Part shown: in pieces, positions 62,664-64,000 of the stretch
Position numbering within the stretch: position 1 is the first letter of the stretch
Layout: each line of letters starts with the position of its first letter
NCBI GenBank assembly: GCA_963693365.1
Contig: CAVNZM010000011.1
Location: 1,720,989-1,784,988 of the forward strand
Direction: 5' to 3'
DNA length: 64,000 nucleotides
Origin: Amoebidium appalachense
Lineage: Eukaryota; Protista; Ichthyosporea
Position numbers and translations under genes: made by a program
The notes under the pieces: model-generated
Told to the model about the DNA's origin: nothing
The model's input: only the letters and a program-made list of their open reading frames with translations
Databases searched by the model: none

Positions 62664-63688
62664 AGGGGGGGGGGGGGAGGCTTTCAGTGGGCAAGCAAAA
62701 AACGATGATTTTCTACACATAGGGTGGGTTCATATTGCAACAGTCCATTAACCGAACACCAGATCTGATGATTTCATTGGCTCTGGTCAGATTCAGTCCT
62801 GACGTAAGTAAGTACGGAAACTGAAATCGATTGGTTCCCTGATGGCGCCATTGAGATTTTGGGTTTCCGTTCGTGTACATTTTATGCGTGACCGAGTGGA
62901 GCACATAGAAAAGGCCTTCCAAAATGTTCCACTCCATCAGAAACCTTTTAGAACAGCTGAAGTAATAGCCTATTTTAATTTGCCTGCTTTTTTCTAGATG
63001 AAGGTGATAAATATGAGCTTCTGTCGACATCACATCCTGCCGACCGTGGTCCAGGTGAAAGCCATCATTCACAACCGGCAACGGTAAACATATGATATGC
63101 AACCAATCGCTGTAAAGATCGAGGTGTTCGGTTAATGGGTGAGATCTTGACAGCGTTTGCTTTTCATGTTTTAGCTAGTAAATTAGACCGGAAGCGCTAT
63201 TTTTATTTTGCTAACTGAAGATTTACATAATATTCTTACTCCGACAAAAAGAAAGTACCCGTTTATCTCTATTGGGAGCTGAGGTATTACATAGATCGGG
63301 TGCGAAACGGTTAATGGATAAGGTACCCTAATGGATCAAGGGGAGCAATTTCAAAAGACTCCGTGAGGGGGGTATTGGGAAAGAGGCCACTGGGGGAGGA
63401 TGGGGAGGGGCTGGTGGGGGGTGGGGGGGAGCTGCGTTTCAGGGTGTTAAGTTCACATTCACGACTGTCAACACAATAATATTTTGCATAGCACACACAT
63501 AAGGGTTACCCTTTAAGCAGGGATGATTCTCAGGGGGCCCTCAGGTCAACAGGGGGAAGGAGGCTGTTGAAAAAATGGACGGAACAAGACACAGACCAGA
63601 TGGAAAGGAGGCGGGGTTGGTGTAAAGGTGTTACGGGTAGTGTGGTGCAGCATGTGGCATATCGGCTAAATAATCATCCTGGGGACTA

Positions 63689-63722
<34 letters not shown>

Positions 63723-64000
63723 GGGGGCAGGGGTAGGCCGGACCTTCATGTGCTTGTGTGCATCCACATACAGAAGGGTGCCTCCAAACACGAGTGCGGC
63801 ACCACCGGCATGCATCAGATTGAACCGGTTGTTGAACAGGATCACCTGATTGGTTGGCAGGCATCTGATTAGCCATAAAAAATGTGCTATAACGTTATCA
63901 ACAGCGACACAAAGAAAGATTCCGTTTTCCATACAAAAAAACGTGCTGAGCTCCCTAAACTGAACGGTTGTCAAAGTTGGCGGGACAGCCTGACACAATC
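62282..64000 (-). CDS. Internal exons of a probable membrane protein entering from the right edge (exons ~64000-63744 and ~62584-62282; a possible small exon ~63679-63636)
   Basis: Hydrophobic open frame ...NGIFLCVAVDNVIAHFLWLIRC...GGAALVFGGTLLYVDAHKHMK ends at a GT donor. A second AG/GT-bounded frame ends in a TM-like stretch (CMGLMVVAIVCLVPIFS). The exon chain is not fully resolved. Confidence 0.4.
62744..63138. mobile_element. Putative MITE with ~22-bp inverted termini
   Basis: CCATTAACCGAACACCAGATCT at 62744 versus AGATCGAGGTGTTCGGTTAATGG ending at 63138. No clear target-site duplication. Confidence 0.45.

Overview
Eukaryotic genomic DNA, intron-rich and saturated with (CA)n, (GA)n and long G/C homopolymers. 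Most ORFs in the supplied track are translations of these repeats. Splicing by hand (GT/GC-AG boundaries, phase-consistent) recovers six genes: a 3-exon cAMP-receptor-like GPCR, an 11-exon NADP-dependent alkenal/prostaglandin-reductase-like oxidoreductase, a small secreted Cys-rich protein, a 15-exon secreted GH114 hydrolase with PAN/TSP1/hevein-like modules, a micro-exon gene of unknown function and a CEP164-like WW/coiled-coil gene. It also finds a broken sugar-porter gene and part of a membrane-protein gene at the right edge. Mobile DNA includes a 5'-truncated non-LTR retrotransposon, a second non-LTR remnant, Kolobok-, piggyBac- and Tc1/pogo-type MITEs, and a SINE-like repeat that ends in poly-C. 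Most unusual: (1) an intronic ~0.9 kb array of 10-11 conserved bulged hairpins in an A-B-C order with variable spacers, (2) a gene apparently built from about 18 exons of 3-50 nt, and (3) the GH114 domain architecture. Gene content suggests a unicellular opisthokont, possibly a holozoan such as an ichthyosporean (inference only). All gene models are manual, with no database or RNA support.
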